Below are positions 56,068 to 64,000 of a stretch of 64,000 bases of DNA, piece by piece; position 1 is the first letter of the stretch, and each line of letters begins with the position of its first letter. A model generated the notes under the pieces. The model had not been told where the DNA came from, did no database searches, and saw only the letters and a program-made list of their open reading frames with translations. Origin of the DNA: Candidatus Parcubacteria bacterium. Its GTDB lineage: Bacteria; Patescibacteriota; Minisyncoccia; Phycocordibacterales; CAIJYI01. Both the position numbers and the translations under genes were made by a program. The stretch covers positions 56,417-120,416 of the forward strand of contig JAPLYL010000008.1 in the NCBI GenBank assembly GCA_026395595.1, given 5' to 3'.

Positions 56068-57264
56068 TTATTTTACATCCGACTCCAATACCCTTTTCAC
56101 CACCTTTCCCCATCGAGCGAGCGGTTCGTGTGTGAGTAGTGCAATGATCTCTTCTTTTTCGTATCCGGCATCCTCCATTTTTCTTACCGCACCTACACCG
56201 ATTGTAAGGGTTTCTTTGTATTCTTGGACAAGCGTTTTTTCTACAACTTCTTTTGTTAGAGCGCGGATATCATCGCTTGATTTTAGCCACAAATACTCCG
56301 CTTTTCTCGGTTCTTCGAGGAAATCATAAATGCCTCCCTCTTCTTTTGGCATGTTCAATTCAACAAGCGCCATGTCTTCGTGCCCGTCCTTGTAGTGTGC
56401 AATCATTTCATCTTTTGCAAAGGCTTCGGCATTTTTCCGGAACTGGCGGAAAAAATTTATGAGTATCTTTTCTTTTTCTTCCATCGTTTCCGCGTCAAGA
56501 AAACTTTGACGAACATTTCTGACGTTGATCGGGTCATTTGGATCAAGCAGGTCTTTATCGAAAAGGCTATTTATTGCATGCTGTTCTTCATGAATAAAAA
56601 TAACGGCGCTTTCTTCTTCTTTCGGATTTCTTCCGATTCCTGAATTGTTTTCAGCCATTACTACCCTACCAATTTCTGGATGAGACACGGAAAAAATATT
56701 TATTGCCTTGCATCCCATCGCTTCCGCTTTTTCCTCTTCGGTAAAATCCCGCTTTTTTCCGTGATGTCTTCTTTGGTTTGAATAAAAGACAGTTAAATAA
56801 TCTTTAAAATCATAACATTTAAAATATAACGATACGGGTCCCGTCACTAATTCCACTTTTCCTTTTGGCGCTTCAAAAAAGAGCTCTTTGTATAAATCAT
56901 TCGTATTCGGAAATTTTTGCCGGATATTTTCAATTCCTTTATACAAAAGACTATATCGGTCAAGAATTTTTGCAATCTCTTTTTTTTGTTGTTTATTCAT
57001 CCCAAACTCTGCGCCGAGTTCAACCGCCATGTCATAGAAATCTTCAATTTTTCCGTTCGGCTTATTACGAATCTCATCAATAAGAATATCCTGCACGCGA
57101 GCCAAACCTACTTGTTGAAAGGCCAGTTTTTCTTTAAATTCAGCAAGCTTCTGCTGTCGTTCTTCTTTTGGAGCTTTCAGAATCTCTCTGACCGCAATCT
57201 CAGGGTCAAAAACTTCCCCATATTTTATCGGTGGCTGTTCCATAACGAATTTTTCTTCTTGCAT
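56068..57264 (-). CDS. Hypothetical protein with HExxH zinc-peptidase-like motif
   Basis: FIHEEQHAIN plus downstream KDEMIAH. Confidence 0.6.
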   Translation of the reverse strand: MQEEKFVMEQPPIKYGEVFDPEIAVREILKAPKEERQQKLAEFKEKLAFQQVGLARVQDILIDEIRNKPNGKIEDFYDMAVELGAEFGMNKQQKKEIAKILDRYSLLYKGIENIRQKFPNTNDLYKELFFEAPKGKVELVTGPVSLYFKCYDFKDYLTVFYSNQRRHHGKKRDFTEEEKAEAMGCKAINIFSVSHPEIGRVVMAENNSGIGRNPKEEESAVIFIHEEQHAINSLFDKDLLDPNDPINVRNVRQSFLDAETMEEKEKILINFFRQFRKNAEAFAKDEMIAHYKDGHEDMALVELNMPKEEGGIYDFLEEPRKAEYLWLKSSDDIRALTKEVVEKTLVQEYKETLTIGVGAVRKMEDAGYEKEEIIALLTHEPLARWGKVVKRVLESDVK

Positions 57265-57310
57265 AATACCCCCATTTTAGCATATTTTCCAAAGGTGTGC
57301 AGTCCGTCCG

Positions 57311-57380
57311 TTTAGAAATTAAAAATTGGAAATTAGAAATTAGAAATTAGAAATTTTTAGATTCGCCAAATATCAAAAAA
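57311..57380. repeat. Heptamer (AGAAATT)n array
   Basis: About six degenerate units downstream of secY; followed by CCAAATATCAAAAAA, also found at 2224. Confidence 0.7.
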
Positions 57381-57429
57381 CAATGCGCTTTGTTTTACAC
57401 AAAGCGCATTGTTTTCAAGATTTAGTATT

Positions 57430-58728
57430 CTAGTACTCTCTCATGCTTATCTGCGAGTCCACTTTCTTAATCAAATCAAGAACGACGGAAACGACGATGA
57501 GGAGAGCGGTACCGCCGATGGCAAGAGACTGGATGCCGGTCAAGCTTCGCATAATGAGCGGTAAGACGGCGATGACCGCCAAGAAAGTAGCGCCGACCAG
57601 AGTAACGCGAGAAACGATTTTTTCAATGTATTCTGCCGTGGTCTGTCCCGGACGAACCCCCGGAATGAAAGCTCCGTTTTTCTGAAGATTGGTCGCGACC
57701 GATTCGGGTTCAAACGTGATTGCCGTATAGAAGAATGTGAAGACAAATACGAGCACGAAGTAAGATATGGAGTAGAGCCACTGATTCTGTACAAAATTGA
57801 GAAGTGCTTTAGAAATCTTCAAAAGAACTTCTTGTTTGGAGAGAACAAGAACACTGGCAATGACCTGAGGGAATACCAACATGGACAAAGCGAAGATAAT
57901 CGGAATGACTCCTGCCTGGTTGATACGGATAGGAAGATACGTGGAAATACCGCCGTATTGTCTGTTTCCTCGGACTTGTTTCGCATAGGTAATGGGAATA
58001 GGTCGTTCCGCTTCTGTGGCATATACCACTCCGGTAATAACAGCGATAGCGGCTGCAATAAAAGCGAGGGCGGTCGGAATAACTGAGGCATCAATAAAAG
58101 GAAATGACGAAGTCCCGTAGGCGGTCATAAATTGTCCGAATTGCGCAGGAAGAGCCACAACGATACCGGCAAAAATAAGTAAAGAAGTTCCGTTTCCTAC
58201 TCCGAATTCAGTCATAAGCTCTCCAATCCATGTCAAAAGCATCGCTCCTGCAATGATAACCATTACGTTGGTTGTCATCTGGAAAAAAGAAAGGGGTGCG
58301 AGAATCTGCTGTTTTTCAAGAAGCGTCAAAAGGGCGTAACCCTGAAGTGCTCCGAGAGGAACAGTAAGGAGTCGTCCGTATTGAGTAAATTTCTTTCGTC
58401 CGATTTCCCCTTCTTCGTGATACATCGCTTTCAGTTTCGGGGACATAACCGTTGAGAGCTGCATGATAATAGAACCCGTGATGTAGGGTCCGAGTCCGAG
58501 CATGACAATGGAAAGCTGATTCAGACCGCCTCCGGAAAATACATTTAAGAATCCCAAGAACTGAAAGTCAGTGAGAAGAGTACGAAGTCTGTCTGCGTTG
58601 ACTCCCGGAACAGGAATTGCAGAAAGAAGACGGAAGAGAAAGAATCCGAAGCCGACAAACAAAATGCGATTTCGCAGAATTCTGTCCTTAAAAACGAGTT
58701 CTATTTTCTCTAAAAAAACATTAAACAT
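57430..58728 (-). CDS. secY: Preprotein translocase SecY
   Basis: LGLGPYITGSIIMQL, GVGNGTSLLIFAGI, AGVIPIIFA, FIPGVRPG. Confidence 0.97.
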   Translation of the reverse strand: MFNVFLEKIELVFKDRILRNRILFVGFGFFLFRLLSAIPVPGVNADRLRTLLTDFQFLGFLNVFSGGGLNQLSIVMLGLGPYITGSIIMQLSTVMSPKLKAMYHEEGEIGRKKFTQYGRLLTVPLGALQGYALLTLLEKQQILAPLSFFQMTTNVMVIIAGAMLLTWIGELMTEFGVGNGTSLLIFAGIVVALPAQFGQFMTAYGTSSFPFIDASVIPTALAFIAAAIAVITGVVYATEAERPIPITYAKQVRGNRQYGGISTYLPIRINQAGVIPIIFALSMLVFPQVIASVLVLSKQEVLLKISKALLNFVQNQWLYSISYFVLVFVFTFFYTAITFEPESVATNLQKNGAFIPGVRPGQTTAEYIEKIVSRVTLVGATFLAVIAVLPLIMRSLTGIQSLAIGGTALLIVVSVVLDLIKKVDSQISMREY

Positions 58729-58806
58729 AAAGATGGTGTGACAATGGTTATTTATTTACCTTGCGTACTCTGTTTGAATTTACCACTCGAGTCATATGAC
58801 ACAAAT

Positions 58807-58911
58807 AATTTCCAATATCCAATTTCAAATTTCAAATAAAATGTCCAATGTCTAAATACGGTTTCAACATTTAGATTTTCATTGGGAATTTGAAATTGGA
58901 TATTGGAAATT
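58807..58911. repeat. Heptamer-repeat palindrome
   Basis: AATTTCCAATATCCAATTTCAAATT...AATTTGAAATTGGATATTGGAAATT between rplO and secY. Confidence 0.75.
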
Positions 58912-58976
58912 TTCAAAAATCAAGCCTCTCTCTTTCGCTCAAAATTCCCGCATAAAGCGAGAATTTGAAGAAACAT

Positions 58977-59441
58977 TTATTTTTCGGAAACGCTTCCTCC
59001 CGCTTTTTCAATTTTTGCTTTTGCGGAAGCAGAAACGGCAGAAGTTCTGAAACCAGTTAAGGCGAGTTTTTTAGTGAGTTCTCCAGTACCGAGGATTTTA
59101 ACAATCGGCATTTTCCCTTTTTGAGCTTTAATGACTTTTTTCTCCACTAAAGTAGCAAGGGTTACGGAAGCGCCTGCGTCAAAATTCTTTTCGAGAAGCG
59201 CAATGTTTACGATAACCGGTCTCAAATTAAGAGGAACGACTGATCGCGCACGGTTTTTACCGTATCCGCGTTTCTTCGGAAGTTTTTTGATGATATCGCG
59301 CATTTCAGGACGCATTCTGTGTCCGGCGCGAGCTTTCTGACCTTTGGTGCCTCGTCCGGAAGTTTTTCCGTGTACTCCTCCGCGTCCGACGCGTCGGGAT
59401 TCTTTATTGGGGTGCACCCTTTTAATGTTATGGATTTGCAT
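58977..59441 (-). CDS. rplO: 50S ribosomal protein L15
   Basis: RRVGRG...GKTSGRGTKGQKAR, IEKAGG. Confidence 0.95.
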   Translation of the reverse strand: MQIHNIKRVHPNKESRRVGRGGVHGKTSGRGTKGQKARAGHRMRPEMRDIIKKLPKKRGYGKNRARSVVPLNLRPVIVNIALLEKNFDAGASVTLATLVEKKVIKAQKGKMPIVKILGTGELTKKLALTGFRTSAVSASAKAKIEKAGGSVSEK

Positions 59442-59464
59442 GATAGTTTTTTATCTGGACTTTT

Positions 59465-60124
59465 TTATTCTTCAACAACAGGAACAATTTCCTCTACTTT
59501 AACTTCCGGAAGCTTCTCACCGCGAGGCAGAGAAAGCAGGGAAAGTGCGAGGATTGCCGCCTTTGCGTTGTTCAATTTATTCTTCGTTCCTGAACGGAGC
59601 TTTGCGGTAACGTTGGTAACACCGGCGAGGTCAAGAACGGAACGTACGGAACTTCCCGCAACAAGACCGCGTCCGGGAGCAGGCATGATAACCACGCGAG
59701 CGCTGGAATACTTGGCGGATGTCTCGTGAGGAACAGAACCTTCTTTGGTTCGGCGAACCGTAATCATATTCTTTTTCGCAGAAGTAACCGCTTTTTCAAT
59801 AGCGAGTGCGGTATCACCGGCTTTTCCGATTCCTACGCCGACTTTTCCTTTTTTATCTCCGGCCACAACAACAACGCTGAAGCTGAAACGACGTCCACCT
59901 GCGACCACACGGGCCACGCGTCTGATATCAATTATTTTTTGTGAGAACTCTGAAGCGAATTTCCCCTGAGGTCTTTTCCCTCCGGTTCCTCGAGATCCGC
60001 CTCGGTTAGGAGCTCCGGCACCACCGGTTCCACCCTGAGATTTTCCGTCTCTCTGACCAGGACCCTTTGTCCAAGGTCCCGGACGCTTCCCTTTTTGATT
60101 ATTTACTGGTGATTTTAGTTCCAT
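59465..60124 (-). CDS. rpsE: 30S ribosomal protein S5
   Basis: RVARVVAGGRRFSF, PAPGRGLVAG. Confidence 0.95.
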   Translation of the reverse strand: MELKSPVNNQKGKRPGPWTKGPGQRDGKSQGGTGGAGAPNRGGSRGTGGKRPQGKFASEFSQKIIDIRRVARVVAGGRRFSFSVVVVAGDKKGKVGVGIGKAGDTALAIEKAVTSAKKNMITVRRTKEGSVPHETSAKYSSARVVIMPAPGRGLVAGSSVRSVLDLAGVTNVTAKLRSGTKNKLNNAKAAILALSLLSLPRGEKLPEVKVEEIVPVVEE

Positions 60125-60136
60125 GATGTATATAAA

Positions 60137-60487
60137 TTAGAAATCCAAACCGCCTTCTCTGGCGCCTTCCGCGACCGCTTTTACTCTTCCGGCATACAAG
60201 TATCCTCCGCGATCAAAAACAACCTTTGAGATATTTTTCTCCTTTGCTTTTTTAGCGAGTTCTACTCCTATAGTTTTTGAACTTTCAATTTTTCCTTTCT
60301 TCTTTCCTTTCAACTCCATATCAGAAGCGGAAACAAGCGTCTTGCCGGCTTCGTCGTCAATGATCTGAGCGTAAATGAATTTATTGGAACGAAAAATAGA
60401 AAGTCGCGGACGTTCTACGGTCCCCAACACTTTCGCGCGAACGCGAGCATGTCTTCTGTCTCTTTTTTGTGTTTTTATTGCCTTCAT
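60137..60487 (-). CDS. rplR: 50S ribosomal protein L18
   Basis: [18 protein letters not shown]. Confidence 0.96.
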   Translation of the reverse strand: MKAIKTQKRDRRHARVRAKVLGTVERPRLSIFRSNKFIYAQIIDDEAGKTLVSASDMELKGKKKGKIESSKTIGVELAKKAKEKNISKVVFDRGGYLYAGRVKAVAEGAREGGLDF

Positions 60488-60491
60488 GATT

Positions 60492-61025
60492 TTATGCGGT
60501 TTTCTTTCCTTCTTTTCTCTTCACGACCTCGTTATCATAACGAATTCCTTTTCCTTTGTACGGTTCAGGTTTCTTTTTGGCTCTGACGAGGGCGGCAAAA
60601 GATCCGACATCCTCTTTGTTAATACCTGAAATGGTAATGTTATTTTTTTCTGCGGTTACCGTTAAAGAAGCGGGGATGGCGATATGTACCGGATGTGAAA
60701 AACCGAGGCTCATAACGAGCTCCTTTCCAACAACAGCAGATTTGAACCCGACTCCTTCAACAATCAATTTTTTAGAAAAAAGAGTATTGACACCCTGAAC
60801 CATATTTTTGATATGGGAAGCAACCGTACCCCAAAGGGCATGCGCAAAAATGGTATCATCTACCAATTGAACTTTAACTTCATTTCCATCCACAACGATA
60901 TCCACTCCTTTCGCGAAGCTTCTTGAAAGCTGGCCGAGCGGTCCTTTTACCGTTACCACGCCGTCTTTAAGAGAAACTTCCGTTTTTGCGGGGATTGCTA
61001 TGGGATTTTTTCCGATTCTTGACAT
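60492..61025 (-). CDS. rplF: 50S ribosomal protein L6
   Basis: [17 protein letters not shown]. Confidence 0.97.
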   Translation of the reverse strand: MSRIGKNPIAIPAKTEVSLKDGVVTVKGPLGQLSRSFAKGVDIVVDGNEVKVQLVDDTIFAHALWGTVASHIKNMVQGVNTLFSKKLIVEGVGFKSAVVGKELVMSLGFSHPVHIAIPASLTVTAEKNNITISGINKEDVGSFAALVRAKKKPEPYKGKGIRYDNEVVKRKEGKKTA

Positions 61026-61031
61026 ATATTT

Positions 61032-61427
61032 TTACCAAATCTTAAATAGTGCTTCTCCGCCGACCTTGATTTTTCTTGCCTCGTTTCCTGAAAGAATTCC
61101 TGTCGGAGTGGAAAGTACAAGAGTTCCATATCCGTGACGTATCGGTTTAATATCGGTTACCGCAAAATACATTCTGCGAGAAGGTTTTGAAAGGCGATCT
61201 GCTCCGCTGATGCGGTGTTTACCGTCGGCAGTATACAAAAGGCCGATTTCCATTGTTTTAACAACCTTCTTCCCTTTCTTTGCAACGGACTCAATGTAAC
61301 CATACTTAACAAGCGCGGTTGCAACGGCGTAGCGAAGTTTTGAATAAGGCAATACAATCGTACTTTTATGTACGGCTCCTGCATTCCTTATCTGGGCAAG
61401 CATGTCTCCTATAGGGTCTGTTACCAT
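61032..61427 (-). CDS. rpsH: 30S ribosomal protein S8
   Basis: DPIGDML..IRNA, SKPSRR, VGGE. Confidence 0.96.
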   Translation of the reverse strand: MVTDPIGDMLAQIRNAGAVHKSTIVLPYSKLRYAVATALVKYGYIESVAKKGKKVVKTMEIGLLYTADGKHRISGADRLSKPSRRMYFAVTDIKPIRHGYGTLVLSTPTGILSGNEARKIKVGGEALFKIW

Positions 61428-61606
61428 GATGATTTTCTTACTCCGGGTACTTTACCTTCATTGGCAAGTTCTCGGAAACAAATACGGCAAATTCCAAAAT
61501 CGCGCATAAAAGCGTGCTTTCTTCCACAACGAAAACATCGATTAGAGATGCGTGTTGAGAATTTCGGTTTTTTAAGCGATCTTGCTACTACTGAAGTCTT
61601 TGCCAT
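61421..61606 (-). CDS. rpsN: 30S ribosomal protein S14 (zinc-binding type)
   Basis: 61 aa from MAKTS; RCFRCGR...CRICFRE...KSSW. Confidence 0.95.
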   Translation of the reverse strand: MAKTSVVARSLKKPKFSTRISNRCFRCGRKHAFMRDFGICRICFRELANEGKVPGVRKSSW

Positions 61607-61689
61607 AATGCTCTTAATGTATAAATAATAGGTGTCTAAAAAATACTGCACTCTCAAGAAAGCATCTTCCTGAAAATCCAAGTGTTTCC

Positions 61690-61718
61690 ATACTAGCAAG
61701 ACGAGCCAGTATTGTCAA
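61690..61718 (-). promoter_or_regulatory. sigma70 promoter upstream of rpsN
   Basis: TTGACA-17 bp-TAGTAT on the minus strand. Confidence 0.65.
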
Positions 61719-61767
61719 TAACCCATTATGATTAAAGCCTCTTTTTTCTCGCCGTTTCTGAAATATG

Positions 61768-61796
61768 TTGACATGTAAATCTTAAAGTGTTATAAT
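61768..61796 (+). promoter_or_regulatory. Perfect consensus sigma70 promoter
   Basis: TTGACA-17 bp-TATAAT; AAAGGAGG RBS before ATG 61859. Confidence 0.8.
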
Positions 61797-61858
61797 CTAA
61801 CACGGCTTAGGCTTATACCGTACATTCACAATAATTTTCATTCAGAAAGGAGGTTCTC

Positions 61859-62341
61859 ATGCTTCAGTGGCTTGAGAAAGAAGCTTGCGGTAAACAGATG
61901 GTCTATTGCATCATTCGGTTTGCTTTGATTAGTTTTGTCTTGCAAATAGCAGCTTTTATCATCGCGGCACTATTCACAATAGACGTATCTTCGATGTCAA
62001 AAAATATGGTAATAATAACGAATTACCGCATATTTTATGTGATGATTATCCCCATAATTATGGAGGAAACAGTCTTTCGTCTCTTTCCTGTTTTTCTTGC
62101 AAAAAAACTAAAATTTTCAAAAAAAGAAATACTCGTTCTTGTCGCGATAAGTTCGGCGGTATTCGGATGCCTGCACGGCAATGCCTATAACATTTTCTTT
62201 CAGGGAGTATCGGGATTTCTCTTTTCTCTCTTGTTTCTAAAATGTGGCGGGTTACAGGAGCATTACGGAAAAGCCTTTGTTTCTTCAAGTGCATCCCACT
62301 ACCTGTTTAACTCTATCGTGAGTATTATGATTCTCTTATAA
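61859..62341 (+). CDS. CPBP (CAAX/Abi) intramembrane metalloprotease
   Basis: EETVFR, FGCLH, HYLFN. Confidence 0.8.
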   Translation: MLQWLEKEACGKQMVYCIIRFALISFVLQIAAFIIAALFTIDVSSMSKNMVIITNYRIFYVMIIPIIMEETVFRLFPVFLAKKLKFSKKEILVLVAISSAVFGCLHGNAYNIFFQGVSGFLFSLLFLKCGGLQEHYGKAFVSSSASHYLFNSIVSIMILL

Positions 62342-62436
62342 CAAGATTTTAAGATAAGCAAATCGGCATCAGTATTGATGCTGATTTTTTTTATAAAAAA
62401 AGCGCATAGCGCTTTTTTTGAAATGTGATAATGTTC

Positions 62437-62562
62437 AATTTCTTTCATTTTGGGATGAGATGCGAAGTCAAAACTTAAAAAACAAAACGGGGCTGTACAA
62501 AAGTACTGCCCCGTTTTGTTTTTTAAGTTTTGGCGAGTAGATCGCCCAAAATGAAAGAAATT
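62437..62562. terminator. Long imperfect palindrome / terminator after rpsG
   Basis: Outer arms AATTTCTTTCATTTTGGG / CCCAAAATGAAAGAAATT and an inner stem of about 27 bp. Confidence 0.7.
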
Positions 62563-63032
62563 TACCAGCTGAAGTGTGCGAACGCTTTGTTGGAATCGGC
62601 CATTTTGTGGGTGTTGTCTCTCTTTTTGATAGCTTCTCCTTCGTTCTTACTGGCGCTGATCAATTCATCGGCGAGGCGGTTGGCCATCGGTGAACCTTTT
62701 TTACTGCGAGCGGCTCCCAAGATCCAGCGCATAGCGAGCGACAAACGGCGTTCAGCGCGGACTTCTCTCGGAACCTGATAGTTAGCTCCTCCGATTCGGC
62801 GTGAACGGACTTCCATGACCGGGCCGGCATTTTTCATTGCCATTTCAAAGACTTCAAGAGGGTCTTCGGTTTTTGCTTTTTCCTTTACGGCAAGCATGGC
62901 ATCGTTAACGACTTTTCGGGCCGTTTCTTTCTTTCCGTCATACATCAAGTAGTTGACGAATTTTTCAAGGCGTACCGATTTATAGGTCGTATCCGGCTTG
63001 ACGAGTCTTTTGTGTTTGAGTTTTCTTCGCAT
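62562..63032 (-). CDS. rpsG: 30S ribosomal protein S7
   Basis: EVRSRRIGGANYQVP, HKMADSNKAFAHF. Confidence 0.97.
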   Translation of the reverse strand: MRRKLKHKRLVKPDTTYKSVRLEKFVNYLMYDGKKETARKVVNDAMLAVKEKAKTEDPLEVFEMAMKNAGPVMEVRSRRIGGANYQVPREVRAERRLSLAMRWILGAARSKKGSPMANRLADELISASKNEGEAIKKRDNTHKMADSNKAFAHFSW

Positions 63033-63048
63033 GATAGCTTATTTTTTC

Positions 63049-63501
63049 TTATTTTTTCTTACCGCCTTTACCTTTTGGTTTAACGGCCGGGCCTTTCGGT
63101 GTTTTTGCGCCGTAGAGGCTGCGTCCTTTTCTTCGGTTTTCAACCCCGGAAGCATCCAAAACTCCTCTGACAATAGTATAGCGAACTCCAGTCAAGTCTT
63201 TCACGCGTCCACCGCGGAGCATAACGACGGAGTGTTCCTGGAGGTTGTGCTTCATTCCCGGAATGTAGGCGGTGACTTCCTGACCGTTCGTCAAACGAAC
63301 TCTGGCGATTTTTCGCAAAGCTGAGTTCGGTTTTTTCGGAGTCGTTGTTGAAACTCTGATACAAACTCCTCGTTTAAAAGGCGACGGTGAAAATGTCGGC
63401 TTGTTTTTGAGGGTATTGAAACTTCGCCCGAGAGCAACGGTTTTAACCTTCTTTGCGGAAGAAATTCTTCCTTTTTTTACTAGCTGTCTTATTGTTGGCA
63501 T
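63049..63501 (-). CDS. rpsL: 30S ribosomal protein S12
   Basis: [25 protein letters not shown]. Confidence 0.97.
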   Translation of the reverse strand: MPTIRQLVKKGRISSAKKVKTVALGRSFNTLKNKPTFSPSPFKRGVCIRVSTTTPKKPNSALRKIARVRLTNGQEVTAYIPGMKHNLQEHSVVMLRGGRVKDLTGVRYTIVRGVLDASGVENRRKGRSLYGAKTPKGPAVKPKGKGGKKK

Positions 63502-63558
63502 ATGTAGGGTGTATCGTAATATATTGTGAGGAAAAATGCAAGGGGTAGCCGAAAAATC

Positions 63559-64000
63559 TTACATTCCGGTGATAAGATGAAGAAAGAAGGCAACGAGATA
63601 GGAAATGACATCGCCCATAAAAAGAAGGAAAAAAGCGATAAAAATAAGCCAATATCGTTCCATAAACTCCTGAACGTATCGCATATGATACGGGAAAAAC
63701 GCAAAGAAAACACGGGAACCGTCCAAAGGGAAAATGGGGAGTAGGTTAACCACAGCCAAAGAAAGGTTAACGGTGACGATAATAAAGAGGATTTCCGCCG
63801 GAGCAGAACCAAGAGTGATTATTCCGCTTGCACCCAAACGAATGATTACGCCAAAAAAGACCGCGAGCAAGATATTAGACAACGGCCCTGCCACCGCAAC
63901 CTTCGCCTCGCCCCATCTTTGATCCCTTAAATTATATGGATTATACGGTACCGGTTTTGCCCAGCCGAACGGCAAAGCGCCGTTGGAAGCAAAATAGGTA
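63559..64000 (-). CDS. Site-2 protease (M50) family, 5' end outside the window
   Basis: FGWAKPVP, AGPLSN, NLLPIFPLDG. Confidence 0.85.
   Translation of the reverse strand, partial: TYFASNGALPFGWAKPVPYNPYNLRDQRWGEAKVAVAGPLSNILLAVFFGVIIRLGASGIITLGSAPAEILFIIVTVNLSLAVVNLLPIFPLDGSRVFFAFFPYHMRYVQEFMERYWLIFIAFFLLFMGDVISYLVAFFLHLITGM

Noticed and set aside
59442..59464. Absence of rpmD (L30) between rpsE and rplO
   Set aside because: A known general trait of CPR bacteria; used only as taxonomic evidence.

Overview
64 kb of a reduced-genome bacterium, most likely Patescibacteria/CPR (Parcubacteria-like): complete type IV pilus/competence cluster, spc operon lacking rpmD (L30), and few obvious Shine-Dalgarno motifs on core genes. 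Layout: pilin-pilC-pilT-receiver-pilB-pilO/N/M and comF (0.1-9.3 kb); tRNA-Ser(GCT) followed by a ~19 kb defence-rich island (SF2 helicase-nuclease, large serine recombinase, EcoRI-type MTase with DUF262/HNH, RloC-like ATPase, exo-DinG, two more MTases); a patchwork of accessory genes (30-56 kb, including a plant-type ALDH12, pepN, a RAYT, recG and two RelBE-type TA pairs); and rearranged ribosomal protein operons (57-64 kb). Strongest unexplained signals: (1) two tandem elements (18 kb and ~640 bp) with identical left and right end motifs inserted at the tRNA-Ser 3' end, suggesting a serine-recombinase cassette array; (2) two sequence-divergent copies of the same complex leader RNA (GAAA tetraloop plus receptor, switch helices, and in one copy a terminator/antiterminator); (3) an intact tRNA-Ile(UAU) nested between the 5' and 3' halves of a second copy. 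All calls come from reading the sequence and ORF track; no database searches or folding programs were run.
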